Shown one piece after another: positions 12,614 through 25,200 of a stretch of 64,000 nt of DNA. The notes beneath the pieces are model-generated. The model ran no database searches, was not told where the DNA came from, and was given only the letters and a program-made list of their open reading frames with translations. Origin of the DNA: Macrostomum lignano (taxonomy: Eukaryota); assembly GCA_002269645.1 (NCBI GenBank), contig NIVC01000706.1, forward strand, positions 1-64,000. Direction: 5' to 3'. The stretch's first letter is position 1. Every line of letters begins with the position of its first letter. The position numbers and the translations under genes are program-made.

Positions 12614-14053
12614 ATGGCCGAGATTTCAATTGACCAAATGACTGCAAGGCAGCTTAGAGACCGTCTACGCCAACTGGGACTGCCCAGTGGCGGTCGCAAG
12701 CGAGAGTTGCAAGTCAGACTGGAACAAGCCAGTTTCTCAAATCAAGCCAAGCGACGTAGACGGCCAACAGCCACTCACTCGAGCGAAATCGACCGAGTCA
12801 GCACCAGCAGCAGCGACGACGATGAGGAAGCGACCCTGGACGAGGCTGGCGCCCCGCAGGGCACCGACGATCTGGACCAGAGGATCGCCCGTCAGGAGAA
12901 GCTGCTTCGGCTGAGGAATCTTCAACGCCAGACTGCTGAGATCGAGGCTGAGCTGGAGAACAAGCCTGGCCAACAGAGCCGTAAGTTGCGGAGCCCCTTG
13001 CCGATTGACCGGTCCCCTGCTGCCTATGAGCCGGAGCTGGGACTGCCAGACCTGGGCCTTCAAGGCCTCTACAGCACTTCTGCCAGGCCGTCGGGACCGT
13101 CAAAGCCCCTTCTGGTGAAGGACTTTATCAACCGTGATGGCGAGGAGCCTGCCTCTGGCGAGAGGTCCAGAGTCCGGACTGAGCAGATCTCGGCGGGTCA
13201 GTGGGTAGCAGGCAGCAACCGAATCCTGCTGAAACTCCTCGACGAGGGGTCCTTGGTCACCGTTAAGGATGGCGCGGTGGATCTTGAACAGCTGAAGGCC
13301 TACGTTCGCTACTGTGTGCAGTTCGGCGAGTTTATGCACCAGGGTTTCAGTCAGGCCGCCCTCAACTGTTACGATGAAGACTTCAGGATCCTGCAACATC
13401 AGTCGAGCGGCAGCTGGGAGCGGTGTTCGCTGCAGCTGCTATCCAAGCACATTCTGGCACCAAAGTCAAATCATGCAGGGCGGAAACGCGATCTCCCAGC
13501 GCACCAACTTCAAGCCCAGTAGGCCAAAGCAGCAGCTGTCCGGCTTCGTCGGCCCGATCGATCCTGAGGGGCGGGAGCTGTGCGTGAAGTTCAACCGCAA
13601 CGGCTGCCTACGGCGCGACTGCAAGTTCACGCACGTCTGCTCCGCCTGCTACGAAGCGCACCCACGCCAGTTCTGCACTTCAAAAAACTAGATCGTGGCC
13701 GGCCGGGGGGCTCAACTGGCAGCGCAGCTGCCCCGGCGGAAGCCAAAGTCGAACCCCCGCTGCCCCCCGGCTGGCCCTGTCCCAAGCCCCTCGAGTCCGT
13801 CGCTTTCTCATCCGACCTCGCCACAGCCGCCTGGGAAACTGAGCTGACTGACGATTCTGACCGCGAATTCCTGCTGAATGGCATCCGCAACGGCTTCCAA
13901 CTCACCTGCCCTGACCCGTCAGAAAGAGCCTCCACTATGTCAGAAATTCAGAACTACCTATCAGTTAACAGTTACCGGCAGCTGGTCGAGCAGCAGGTGC
14001 GAGAAGAAATCCTTAATGGCCGCTACGTTCAAGTCAGTGACAAACCGGAGGTC
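12614..14053 (+). mobile_element. 5' part of a tyrosine-recombinase (Ngaro/DIRS-type) retrotransposon: gag-like ORF1 (frameshifted) plus the start of overlapping RT ORF2, 3'-truncated
   Basis: ORF1 has a SAP-like N-terminus (IDQMTARQLRDRLRQLGLPSGGRKRELQVRL) and ALNCYDEDFR. After a frameshift at about 13465-13490 comes CVKFNRNGCLRRDCKFTHVCSACYEAHPRQFC (stop 13691). Overlapping ORF2 has AWETELTDDSDREFLLNGIRNGFQL...NYLSV...VREEILNGRY, typical of the pre-RT region. Homology ends near 14053. Confidence 0.78.
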
Positions 14054-14215
14054 GGAACTTTTTACAGTATCTCGACAACAAGCCTGTACAAAGCCTGTCT
14101 CCCTCGAAGCGGGCTTATTCGAAGTCACTTATACTAAAGCTGACTTAAAATATTTGCTAGTCAGTTACGATTTAAAAGAAACTGTTTGGTAATTTTAATT
14201 CAACTTGGTTTAATA

Positions 14216-14767
14216 TACCTTTTTACGTTCTATTTGATAAAAACTGCGACCAATTTGGCCACGGCTCAGCCTGACCATAGACATAGAATTTTCCATAGAC
14301 AGCCACCGCCAGCGGCAACCAATCTGGTAAAAACTGCGAGCCATTCCGCCAGCTTGAAGATAGCAGCTGCTCTGATGGCGAATCGTGGGCCGTACCAAAA
14401 GATAAGTCAGCTGGATCGAGAGCGAATCGTGAGAGCGTACAGGAGTGGCGACGACTGGGGAGAGCTTGGCAGCTTGGCATCACGCCTCTCAAGTGCCTGC
14501 GCTGGATCAACCATTCCCAGACGTACTTCAATCGGTGCTTGAATGCTGAGGACATAATGTTCTGACTTCGTGCATGTATTGTTAACATTCTTTATCGTTA
14601 TTGTTATGCTATTGAGCTGCTATCTTCAAGCTGGCAAAATAGCTCGCAGTTTCCACCAAATTGGTTGCCGCCAGCGGTGGCTGTCTATGGAAAATTGCTG
14701 CGGCTGCGTCAGGCTGAGCCGTGGCCAAATTGGTTGCAGTTTTTATCAAATAGAACGTAAAAAGGAA
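14216..14767 (+). mobile_element. Internally deleted Tc1/IS630-like DNA transposon (non-autonomous)
   Basis: About 150-bp TIRs (about 14216-14370 and 14617-14767), flanked by TA at 14214-15 and 14768-69. Inside, MANRGPYQKISQLDRERIVRAY (ATG 14375) is joined to WINHSQTYFNRCLNAEDIMF* (14503-14565), i.e. transposase N- and C-termini only. Confidence 0.85.
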
Positions 14768-15320
14768 TAGCAATTTTTAGGGTTAAGCTGAGCTCATCTA
14801 TGGAATGTCTACCCATAAAATCTGCCTGTAAAAACTGCCAGAAACAGTCCCTATAAAATCAATGCATTTTCTCGCAGTGAGAGCCGATTTATAGTCTATG
14901 GCGAATACTAAATCGGCAGCTAAGACTGCTGTTTTAGTTGATGTGTTTCGTTATGTTTATAATAATTAGTCCCCTTATCTGTTGAAGGTGTCGATGGCGA
15001 CGGGGTGATGACAGAATGCTTGAGACACCAGCTGAGGATATCCAGCAGTTGAGGTTGCACCCACTGTCGAGGCTTGATCAGCGAAACTCGAGAAATTCGC
15101 AACGGGGGTGGTGCATAGTCACCTGCTGCCACCTTTTGAATGTTCAGAAGCTAAGCCTGGGTGAAGGCCAGTGAGAAACAAAGTCAGAGCTGATGCAGGC
15201 CCCTTGGGTCGACTTGCTGATGAAGTTTGGAGGCTGGGAAAGGCCGCACTGAGGCGCAGTGCTGATTGGCGCACAGGAGTGTGTTGGATACACCATCGCT
15301 TAGTTAACAATCCGACCTTG

Positions 15321-15455
15321 TGGCAGAATCGTTGAATATCTCGACGGTCCGGAGGGCTGGCGACTTGATTGTTGTTTCAGAAGGTAATTAAAACTTTGCC
15401 AGTGTACTTGAATTTCGTGAGCCTGCATTGCTCCGTTTCTGAGCACCGAAAAAAT
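15321..15455. repeat. Dispersed repeat, copy 2 (paralog at 1272-1410)
   Basis: See copy 1. Confidence 0.7.
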
Positions 15456-15940
15456 GCTATTCGCGTGATTCAAAGCTCACATTACGATGTCTGTTTTAAA
15501 CTCTTTATGTCACGAACATCACGAACTTAACGTCAAAAAAGAGCCGACTGGTCCGGTACGTTATCGGAATCTTTTGTTTTCAATGTATTCAATATTTCAG
15601 ATTACCGGTTGCAAATAGGTTGGCACATATATTGGGCCCAGTAGCTAGTGAGTTAATCTGATCTGCGTTTGGTCATGTTGGTCATCGATTATAGCTGGCA
15701 GTCTAGAGGGACAGAGAATATCTTTAAAGGCTCATTCACACTGCTCGTTCAAAATTAGGCAAGTTTTTGCATGATCACACGGCTTGTACATATTTTTTCG
15801 TCGCCTTACGTACATCAATCGTAGGATATGAATCGCGTAGAGGTTAAAAGATCGCGATTTGGTGATCAATACCACCGTGCTCAACGCGTGTACATGGTCT
15901 AAGATGTGCCCATTTTGCCAATGACGAAGAAATACCGTGT

Positions 15941-15981
15941 CAGTGCCTGGGATTGGAGATGCCCTCCTCTCTCTCTCTCTC

Positions 15982-16016
<35 letters not shown>

Positions 16017-16763
16017 CTCTCTCCACTAGGCTCCTTTCCTACCTACTTTGCATTTAATACTCATCGCGGTCCTGAAGACTCTGGTCCCACATGGCGCCAA
16101 CGAGCTGACTGGGGTGCTGCACAATCCGGTGATCCCACTGATCGTGCCGCACTGCGCTGGGTCAGACACCCTGGTTGCCAAGGTGAGGGACGGTGAGGGA
16201 CGACGGTGCCCCTGTACTGCCGGCCAGGGAGGGAGGAGCCTTCGGGATCTGCTCTGCCACAACCAGCTCGAACCAGCTTCTGCCAGTTAAGTGACACCGT
16301 ACATGGTGCACTTTCACTTTACTTATTTATTTATTTATTTACTTATTTACTTTTTATTATTCTGTGTTGACTCTGATCATTTTGTTCTTTATTATTTGTT
16401 TTCATTTATTCAACCTTTGAAGGCCATCTGGGCCCACTGTATTGCGCAATCTCGCTTTAGCCAACCGGTTTTGGAATTTAGAGTCTTGACTCATAGTTGA
16501 TGTACATACAGTATGCACATGCGCGACCTCTCCCCCACTTTTCTCTTATATTTATTTGTCAGTTTCTCACCTTAATAATTATATTCATTTTTGCCCTGAC
16601 GAAGAATTTCGTATGAGAAATATCGGCAACTAACTCTTTTAATTTTTTTTGTTTGTCTTGTTGCTTTGCCGTGTCAGCGCCCTCGGGATTGGAGGCTCTC
16701 TCTCTCTCTCCCTCTCTCCCTCTCTCTCCCCACTAGGCTCCTTTCCTACTTTGCATTTAATAC
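15941..16763. repeat. Unclassified element bounded by about 90-120-bp direct repeats
   Basis: GGGATTGGAG...(CT)n...CCACTAGGCTCCTTTCCTAC...TTTGCATTTAATACT occurs at about 15941-16060 and 16674-16763. Confidence 0.7.
16591..16629 (+). ncRNA. Candidate degenerate minimal type I hammerhead ribozyme motif (Penelope-like)
   Basis: TTGCC-CTGACGA-(AGAATTTCGTATGA)-GAAA-TATC-GGCAA. The stem I arms pair and the core CUGANGA and GAAA are present, but stem II is imperfect and the stem III segment is short. Confidence 0.35.
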
Positions 16764-17648
16764 TTAGACACCACAGTCACATGAAACGAAGGAAGATTGA
16801 CTGAGTGCAAACATCTATATACAGTCGTGTCTTTGCACAATCTGAGATGTCGCTCAAGTGGACCTGTGCATCCTGTGCCCAATGACGCAGAAGTCATTGC
16901 AAGCCTCATAAGAAATACCGCAGATGCAGTGTCTCCACAGTTGCAGCGGACATTTTAGCGGATACAGTAGACCATTTCAACCATACCCGACCAAGCTGTC
17001 TATATTACAGGACTGATAGATCCATTGCTACAGGCCTACAGAGCGCTGATTTTCACGGAAAATGAATCCAAATTACCTTCGACAGTCCGTCTAGTATTCC
17101 AATTTTGTGAGGACAGGAGGTAAGCGGTCCTTGGATAGTATGGAGACTGAACACTCCTGTCGCTTCAGAATGCCCAGTATAGATTGCTGCCTTGTTGACC
17201 TAAATAAAGTAAGTCCTCTTTATAACTGCAGCGGTGAGCGCATAGCAAAGGAATTAGGATTTGATAATAGGTGATTTTTAAAGGTGTTTGAGATAAAAAT
17301 AGATCGAGTTTAGCTGTCAGCGAGAGTTGTTGGGTTTGAAGTAGATAGAGCAAGTTAGCCTCTTTGTATTCAATTCTTTTGAGGAAGCGATACACAGCTG
17401 TCCCGGAAGTGGATTCAGGTGGCTGTTTAGTTCTTTTAGCTGACTCAGTACCTAAAAAGCCATATATAGATATTGTCAAATGTAGCGTTCGTAGATAAGA
17501 GGGGCAAAGGAAGCGGCTCCTAAAGCTTTTGACTCCCGTGCAGACACAAAAATATTGGCGTAGGAGGGTGTATCAATCAATTCCTTTCCTATTCTGGCGC
17601 TTGTAAGTCAACACAAACTCATTCAAGACCTAGTTGCACGCCAAAAAG

Positions 17649-18270
17649 GTGGGCTATGCCGATGACGTGACCGCAATATGTGCGGGCCCTTCGGTCGGTA
17701 CTATCAGAGATCTTCTGCAGGGTTTCCTGGGTCGAGCGGAGCGTTGAGCAAGCCATTGTGACCTCAGACTCTCAGAGTCGAAAACCACAGCGGTCATGTT
17801 TACCAACAAACTGCTCTGGACCATGAAGCCCCTCGCCCTCTATGGAAAGGACATTTCTATGAAGAAGCAGGTCTGCTGCCTGGGCCTCACTCTGAATCAC
17901 AGGCTTAACTGGACCCCTAACATCCAAACTAAAGCTGAAAAAGCCCTGGCTGTCCTCGCTCAGATCAGGCGCGTCGTGGGCACCACCTGTGGGCTCACTC
18001 CCAGGAAGCTGTGGTGGATCTACACTGCCATTATCCGCCCCTCGATCAGTTACGCCAGCCTCATGTGGGCTAGCGGCCTGAGTGTCAAGAGCAAACTCGA
18101 CGCTCTCTACAAATCCAGGGCAGAGCTTGCAGCATGACTACGAGTCTTGCGGCAAGCTCTGCTCCTTTTAAAGGTATGAATGCCTTCCTCAGTGCCCCTC
18201 CTCTGGATATTTATATCAAAGGAGAGGCGGCGAACAGCACCCGGCGCCATCTAGATGCGGGGGTGGCTTT
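17649..18270 (+). mobile_element. Non-LTR retrotransposon (R1/LOA-type) RT and thumb fragment, pseudogenised
   Basis: GYADDVTAI... with in-frame TGA at 17745-47, then SKTTAVMFT...LGLTLNHRLNW...GLTPRKLWWIYTAIIRPSISYASLMW. After a frameshift near 18115: LSAPPLDIYIKGEA. Confidence 0.9.
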
Positions 18271-18699
18271 CAAAAAAAGTGCGGGCCTTTAGGAAGCGGT
18301 CGCTTATCCTTACATGATTAATACAGAGTTTTACATGTAAACGATGGTCCGAATTGCTAGCAATGTGGCCCTCAGAATTTAGGCACAATCACAAAGCGGC
18401 TCAGATCACTCAGAATCTGAGAGGCTGACACAGCCCAATGGGCTCATTTCATTAAATAGTAGCGATTTACTTCAAACAGTTTTCCCACCAGCCAGGTATC
18501 AGTCATCGGATTTCGGAAATTGCTTTTTCTATCTTTATCTTTTAAAACGACAAAGCTTTTAACGTGAGCTCGTCCCGGATTTTTGCTCTCAAAGAAAGTT
18601 AAGTCTTTGTCTCATTGAATATTGATGTGCTTGGAGGCAAACCAAAAGTATTTTTAGCTCGGTAGAAGTGTTGTACTTTAATTTAATCTCTTTTTTTCA

Positions 18700-18990
18700 A
18701 AAATATATTAGCGAAGCAAGCTTATATTTGGTAGGTTCATAAAAGCAGTTGCGACGGGGATGTCAAAGCACCGGAACGGAGCCCGAAGTTTGATGGGCTC
18801 CGGACCAGACCGTACCTGGTCGGCCAAGACGACCACAAACGCCGAGACATCTAGCTCTCTCATGTGGGGTCCCAAGGAATTAGATTGAAATTTCTGATCG
18901 AATGGTGCAAGTTTGAAGAAAATCGGTTGAGCCGTTTTTTTCTGAAATCTATCGCATACCGACAGACAACTCATTTTTAGTATATAGGAT
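18700..18990 (+). repeat. Possible non-autonomous Helitron/Helentron-like interspersed element
   Basis: The end AAGTTTGAAGAAAATCGGTTGAGCCGTTT...GACAGACAACTCATTTTTAGTATATAGGA resembles the 3' ends of such elements as I recall them. No second copy in the window. Confidence 0.35.
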
Positions 18991-19286
18991 TTTATGTCAA
19001 CTTAAAAGCTCTAGAATGTTGGCCTTAATAATGGACCTGACCTTATCCTTTTCAACGAAATCAGCGACTTGATGTATTTTTTATTAGAAATGACAAATCT
19101 ATATCATCAGTCAAAGCACAATATCTTGACCTGATTAATGAATAGCAAATTTTAATTAAGATATAAATGTTGACAATAGGAAACTTGTCGTTTGTAATCA
19201 TCACTGAACGCAAAGATCCCTCTTATCTTTGTTAGCTTGCATTCAGCTGTCTATCTCTGTTAGCAGTTTCTTAATCAGATTTTCCT

Positions 19287-22200
19287 TCAAAGATCCGTCA
19301 GTTTCGGCGGCAGAACGGACAACAAGATGTTTATTAGCGTCGCTATTAGTAGTATCAATGCTAAAAATATTTTTAGAATAATCGCTTCCCAACGACTTCT
19401 CCGTCTATCTGGAAGCGCTGGCGACCTTTCGTCTCGAAGCGGATTTTTCGATTCGCTCGTCTCCTGCGATTCCTCCGGGTCGCTGGTGTGCCCGAGGAAG
19501 TTCTGCAGCCATACGTGCATCATTGCGCGCCAGTTGATTGAGCTGAATCGGCCTTCGTTGCTGCTAGGGGTAGCGGCTGCATTGGCAAGGTTTTTTGAGG
19601 GTTTTAGGATTTTGTTCCTGAATATATTACACCATTTTTTGTTATTACTGTTTGAAAAACTGCAAACTACTGTTTGAAATATCTGCATTTAGGACTGTCT
19701 GTATGCATTTGGGGATTGTCTGATTGTCTGTTTGCATCTAGGGACTGATTGTCTGTTTGCATCTAGGGACTGATTGTCTGTTTGCATCTAGGGACTGTCT
19801 GATTGTCTGTTTGCATCTAGGGACTGATTGTCTGTTTGCATCTAGGGACTGATTGTCTGTTTGCATCTAGGGACTGATTGTCTGTTTGCATCTAGGGACT
19901 GATTGTCTGTTTGCATCTAGGGACTGATTGTCTGTTTGCATCTAGGGTCTGATTGTCTGTTTGCATCTAGGGACTGATTGTCTGTTTGCATCTAGGGACT
20001 GATTGTCTGTTTGCATCTAGGGACTGATTGTCTGTTTGCATCTAGGGACTGTCTGTTCGAGTTTTTTTGGCTCCGATCGACATCATTTTTGTGGACTTAG
20101 AAAACCCTAAACTCTAGATTTTAGCCTTTCGGAAAGGCCTGAGATAGGATACTCGTACTTTCCTCTTTATTAATAAGCGGGGTTATGACAAAAGGCCTAA
20201 CGCAGGAGCGACCACAAAAACCTTTCTTATTACCATTGACTTGTAGGTTCTCCCTCTCAACCGTTGCCGCTGCACGATTTTGCATCTCAAAATCGTTGAC
20301 CGACTGGTCCCCCGGTTCCACCACTTCCTCGTCCAGACTGAAGATGGTCAGGTTACGAATTTGGCTTGATGGCGGCGGAGCTGTGAGCAGGCTGACCCCA
20401 ATCACTATGGCCAGAGTGCTCAGAGTGGAGGCCACGGCAAAGTACATGTAGTGAGGCAGCAGGTCCACCACCCAGCGCGGCCGCAGGTCGGGGTCTCCGC
20501 ACGGAGGATCCGGGAAGGCGCTGGTCACCGCCAGGCGAATTGCGCCAATGACGAAACCCCAACTGAGAGCCGAGAATGCAGCCTGGGTAAGGCAGCGAGA
20601 TCGGGTTGAGTCGAGTTGAGTAGGGTTGAGTCGAGTTGAGTCGGGAATTGAGTCGAGTTGAGTAGGGTTGATTCGAGTTGAGTAGGGCTGAGTCGAGTTG
20701 AGTAGGGCTGAGTCGAGTTGAGTAGGGCTGAGTCGAGTTGAGTAGGGTTGAGTCGAGTTGAGGTAGATTGGGTCGAGTTGAGTAGGGTTGAGTCGAGTTG
20801 AGTAGGGTTGAGTCGAGTTGAGTAGGGTTGAGTCGAGTTGAGTAGGGTTGAGTCGAGTTGAGGTAGATTGGGTCGAGTTGAGTAGGGTTGAGTCGAATTG
20901 AGTCGGATGGATCTTTACGGTCTCAAGAATTTTGTTTATGACAGTTGCAGGGTCATGAGATTCGTAGGGTTCATCATTTATAGGGTCATGGAATTTGTAG
21001 GGCTATGGAATTTGTAGGGTCATAGGATTTATAGGGTAGGGTCATGTAATGTATTTTAAACAGCCTCTTACAATCTCATTCGCTCGATGCCACAGCACAG
21101 CTGTAGTGTACACTGTGGCAATTGGTGGCGCAAGGTTGGCCACAACATCCTGGATATAAATTAGCAGCTGACTGCCTTGCATTGTGGTGATAATTGGTAT
21201 CCAGGCGATGGATAGTAGAACCACGACTACGACTGTGAGTCTAAAATATTGAATATTGGATGCAAATAATGTACATGTAGTTACTGAAGCGAAATTAAAA
21301 CTTGTAACTGTTTGGGATGCTGTTCAGTAAGGAACAATGGCGCTCCTGTGAAAGGGTTGTTTTTGTAGAAGGGGTGTTTCTGCGGGGGCCGTAGCCCAGT
21401 GGTCGAGCGCGGCGCTCTGATGTGCCAGCGGCCCAGGCATCCAAGTGCAGTTGCATTAATTTGGGACTGAATTGGAATCTCGGCTTGGCTCTGCTCGTGC
21501 AATTAACGCCCAGCTTGAGGGCCAACCACATGCCTAACGATAAATAAAGTCAGGGCCGCTGTACACGCCTGTGTGAGTGTTTGCCTGTGCGTATGACTGC
21601 GTACGTATCCGCGCACTTGTGTGCCAGCTCAGGGAGTCGGCGGAATGGGCAGTAATGCCTCTCGCCGGTTGTGTGACAATGTCGCTTAAAGTGCGCCAGG
21701 CTGCACACAACCCCCCTGCCTCTAATAGAAAGGGTGTTTCCGTAGAAAGTGGCGCTTTTCGGGATGCGGGATACTACGTCCGGGTACAACCGTATATTTT
21801 ATGTATTGCTCTTCATCCAAATTGCAACTCTCAATCCTTCTCCTAAACTCTAGTCATCCACACCATCAGTGAGTGTGCTCCGAACTCACTTGCCAACAAT
21901 CAGCTGCTCCCTAACAGACGCTCTGGGCCGGAATTTAGCGTAGATATCGATGGTGAACAGGGTGGAAGCCGAGTTGAAAATCGAAGTCAGGTCTGTGATG
22001 AGCGCAGACACCATCACGGCGAGAAGTAGACCTCGGAGCCCTAAGAAACGGAATTGAAACTGTACCTCATCAGTAAACCTTGATCTATATTCGACTCACT
22101 CGTACCCATGGGCAGAATGGAGACAACCAGCTGTGGAAACGCCAGGTTTGAGCAGCCAGCTCGACTGCCGCAAATTTTCTCGCACGAGTCCGGATCGGCA

Positions 22201-25200
22201 CACGCCACGATGTCTGTTTTTGAAATGTTTGATTGAAGGTATTAGGAAATTTTCAATAGTGCAGAATTTGTTAAATGTGCTACTAACAGTAGAAAAAATA
22301 GAGAACAGAAGTAAAATGACGCTTTACTCGTGAATCGTGTTCAGTTTACTGAAGACGAATAGTCTGGTTGGAGTTAGAGCATTAGAAGAGTTGGACTTTT
22401 CACACAACCGGTGAGAGGCATTACTGCCAATTCCACCGACTCCCCTGAGCAGGCACACAAGCGCGCGGATACGTACGCAGTCACTCGCACAAGCACACAC
22501 ACAGGAGTGTACAGCGGCCCTAACTTTATTTATCGTTAGGCATGTACACTTCACTGTGCCTTGGGGGTTGGCTGTCAAGGGCGTTAATTGCACGAGCAGA
22601 GCCAAGCCGAGATTCCAATTCAGCCCCAAATTAATGCGACTGCACTTGACATCACTCCAAGTCACTTCTAGCACTTGAGTGATGCCCTTCCTCTATTTCA
22701 GAAGGTAACTACTGTTATTTTTAAAACTATTGGATGGGACGCCGGGCAAGAATACATGGAAATAATCGCGATACCGAAATCCAGCTTACCGGGATACAAA
22801 ATCCGACTGATCATTCCGGGCACAACCATTAGAAACAGCGGCGTGAGCTTGATGTAGCCAGCTAAAAGGGTGCCGCCTTGAGCGTGAGCCAGCGACTTGG
22901 CCGACAGAGCGCGCTGAACAATTATCTGCGGTTTGGGGGGGGGGGGGGGGGGTTAAAAGAGATGTTGAGATATTTCATAGACATGGCGCATAACTTATTA
23001 GCTGACGAGGCATACAGGAATAGTTACTCGTCTTTTAAATATAATCCAAGATTAGTGTGAAGTTTCGCAACAGTAGTGCTTTTTATTTACGAGAATAAGC
23101 AATTGTGTTATTGATTATGACAGCAGGGGAACTCTTGAGCTTTTGCAGGATTTACCTGGTCAGCGCACCAGTACCAAATGCTGGCTGGAGTTTGGCCCAG
23201 CAGAAATCCAAGCCAGGGCATGTCGGGGTCGTTAATTGGCCTCAACAAGGTGAACGAGTACTCAGAAGGTATCCCGCAGCGTGACGCAGTGCTGTTTACA
23301 TCTGTAGCGTTGCCATGGAAACTGGAGTTGGCGATAGCGCGCGGATACTTTTCGATTAGACCGGAAATTCCGCCAATCTTTGCTAGGCCTAAAATTTCAA
23401 TTTGTCATTCGAAGCATATCTTGAGGGTTGTTACAATTAGAAGGTCGGAGTCGTCTGTGACAATACTTTTCTAGTCTAAATATATACATGCACAAGTATG
23501 TTTAACTACAATACGGAGACTTTGTTATAATTTGTTATAGTTATAAGTTTGGTACCATAAATACGGTTTTAAACTTATGATAACAGATCTGCCTACCCAT
23601 TATCGTTAGCAGTGCTGAACCCAGCACCATGATGACCGCTTGCACCGTGTCAGTGTAAATTACGGCTGCCAAACCGCCTGAAATTACAAGAAAAAAACTA
23701 AATACAATAATAGGGCATATGTACAAACGACAGCTTAACCGCAGCCATCTGAAGGCTGCGTACGGCTGTTCAGTCCAAGGACTGGGGAGGGGGGGGGTCG
23801 CCACACAAACCCTCTCAATTACCCCAGCCAATGCTGGCACCCATTTTACAGCTGGGTGAACTGAAGCAATGCAGAGTTAAGCGTCTTGCTTAAGGACACA
23901 AATTGTTCCGAGAGGGTCGAGAATCGAACCCCCGACCTTTCAGTCGTGAATCCGACGCTCTAATCACTAGGCTACAAGCTAGAAAGAGTTAAAAATCATA
24001 AAGCAACTAAAAGCACTTAATTACCGCTTTTTAATGGGTTTTTATCGTAAAAGATTCATGTTCTTGATTTCTTGTAATACTCATTTTCTACAAACTTGAT
24101 GACCTACATAATTTAGAGCTTTCACTAAAAAGTAAGGGCCGTTCTATAAAGCCATCGTAAGATAAGATCGATCTTAGCTCCTATCTCCGTAGTGTAAAAG
24201 TTCCGACGTAAGATCGAACTTACGTCCATATCATAAAAGCAGCAAAATGTATTCATAAAAAGACCAAACCAGTCATGGTGACCAAGGCGGTGAGTCCCAG
24301 TAGCAGCAGAATTGACAACCAAACATTCCATTCGAGTGCCACCTTGATAAACACGGCTCCGGAGTACAGGTTGACCTTTCGTTATGAAATGATTTTATTG
24401 AATGATTTAAATCTGTAGTCTCCTTTTGATAAAATAGTGAAGCTTTTATTGACACCGATTGCCAGTAAATACTCACAGAAATTTTAGTGAAGATGTACAA
24501 TATAAGCGACAGAACGGCAAGGTAGACTTGAATTCTTTTTCCTCCGAAGCGACGTTTCATGTACTCGGGCAGGGTAATAATCTGGATGGAGGGTGTGCGG
24601 CAGCAAGACTCTTTATCAGTATTTGGTGCAGATTCTATGACACTAATTTAGCGTGACTGACACCTAATTTAGCGTGACTGATACCTAATTTAGTGTGACT
24701 GATGCCTGGTTTAGCGTGACTGATACCTAATTTAGCGCGTCTAATACCTAATTTAGCGTCAACGATACCTAATTTAGTGTGACTGATACCTAATTTAGCG
24801 TGAATGATATCAAAAGTGATATAACTGATACCTAATTTATCGTGACTGATACCTTATTTACTGTGACTGATGCCTAATTTATCGTGACTGATACCTAATT
24901 TAGCGTGACTGATACCTTATTTACTGTGACTGATACCTTATTTAGTGTGACTGATACCCTAATTTAGTGTGACTGATGCCTGGTTTAGCGTGACTGATAC
25001 CTAATTTAGCGTGACTGATACCTAACTTAGCGTGAATGATATCTAATTTGATATAACTGATCCCTAACTTAGCGTGAATGATATCTAATTTGATATAACT
25101 GATACCTAACTTAGCGTGAATGATATCTAATTTGATATAACTGATACTTAGTTTAGTGTGAATAATGCCTAATTTAGTGTGACTGATGCCTACTTTATTG

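Noticed and set aside
16085-16105. CACA-TGGCGCCAACG as LTR end plus PBS
   Set aside because: The second direct repeat does not extend to this CA end, there are no TG...CA termini, PPT or coding remnant, so an LTR element is unsupported.
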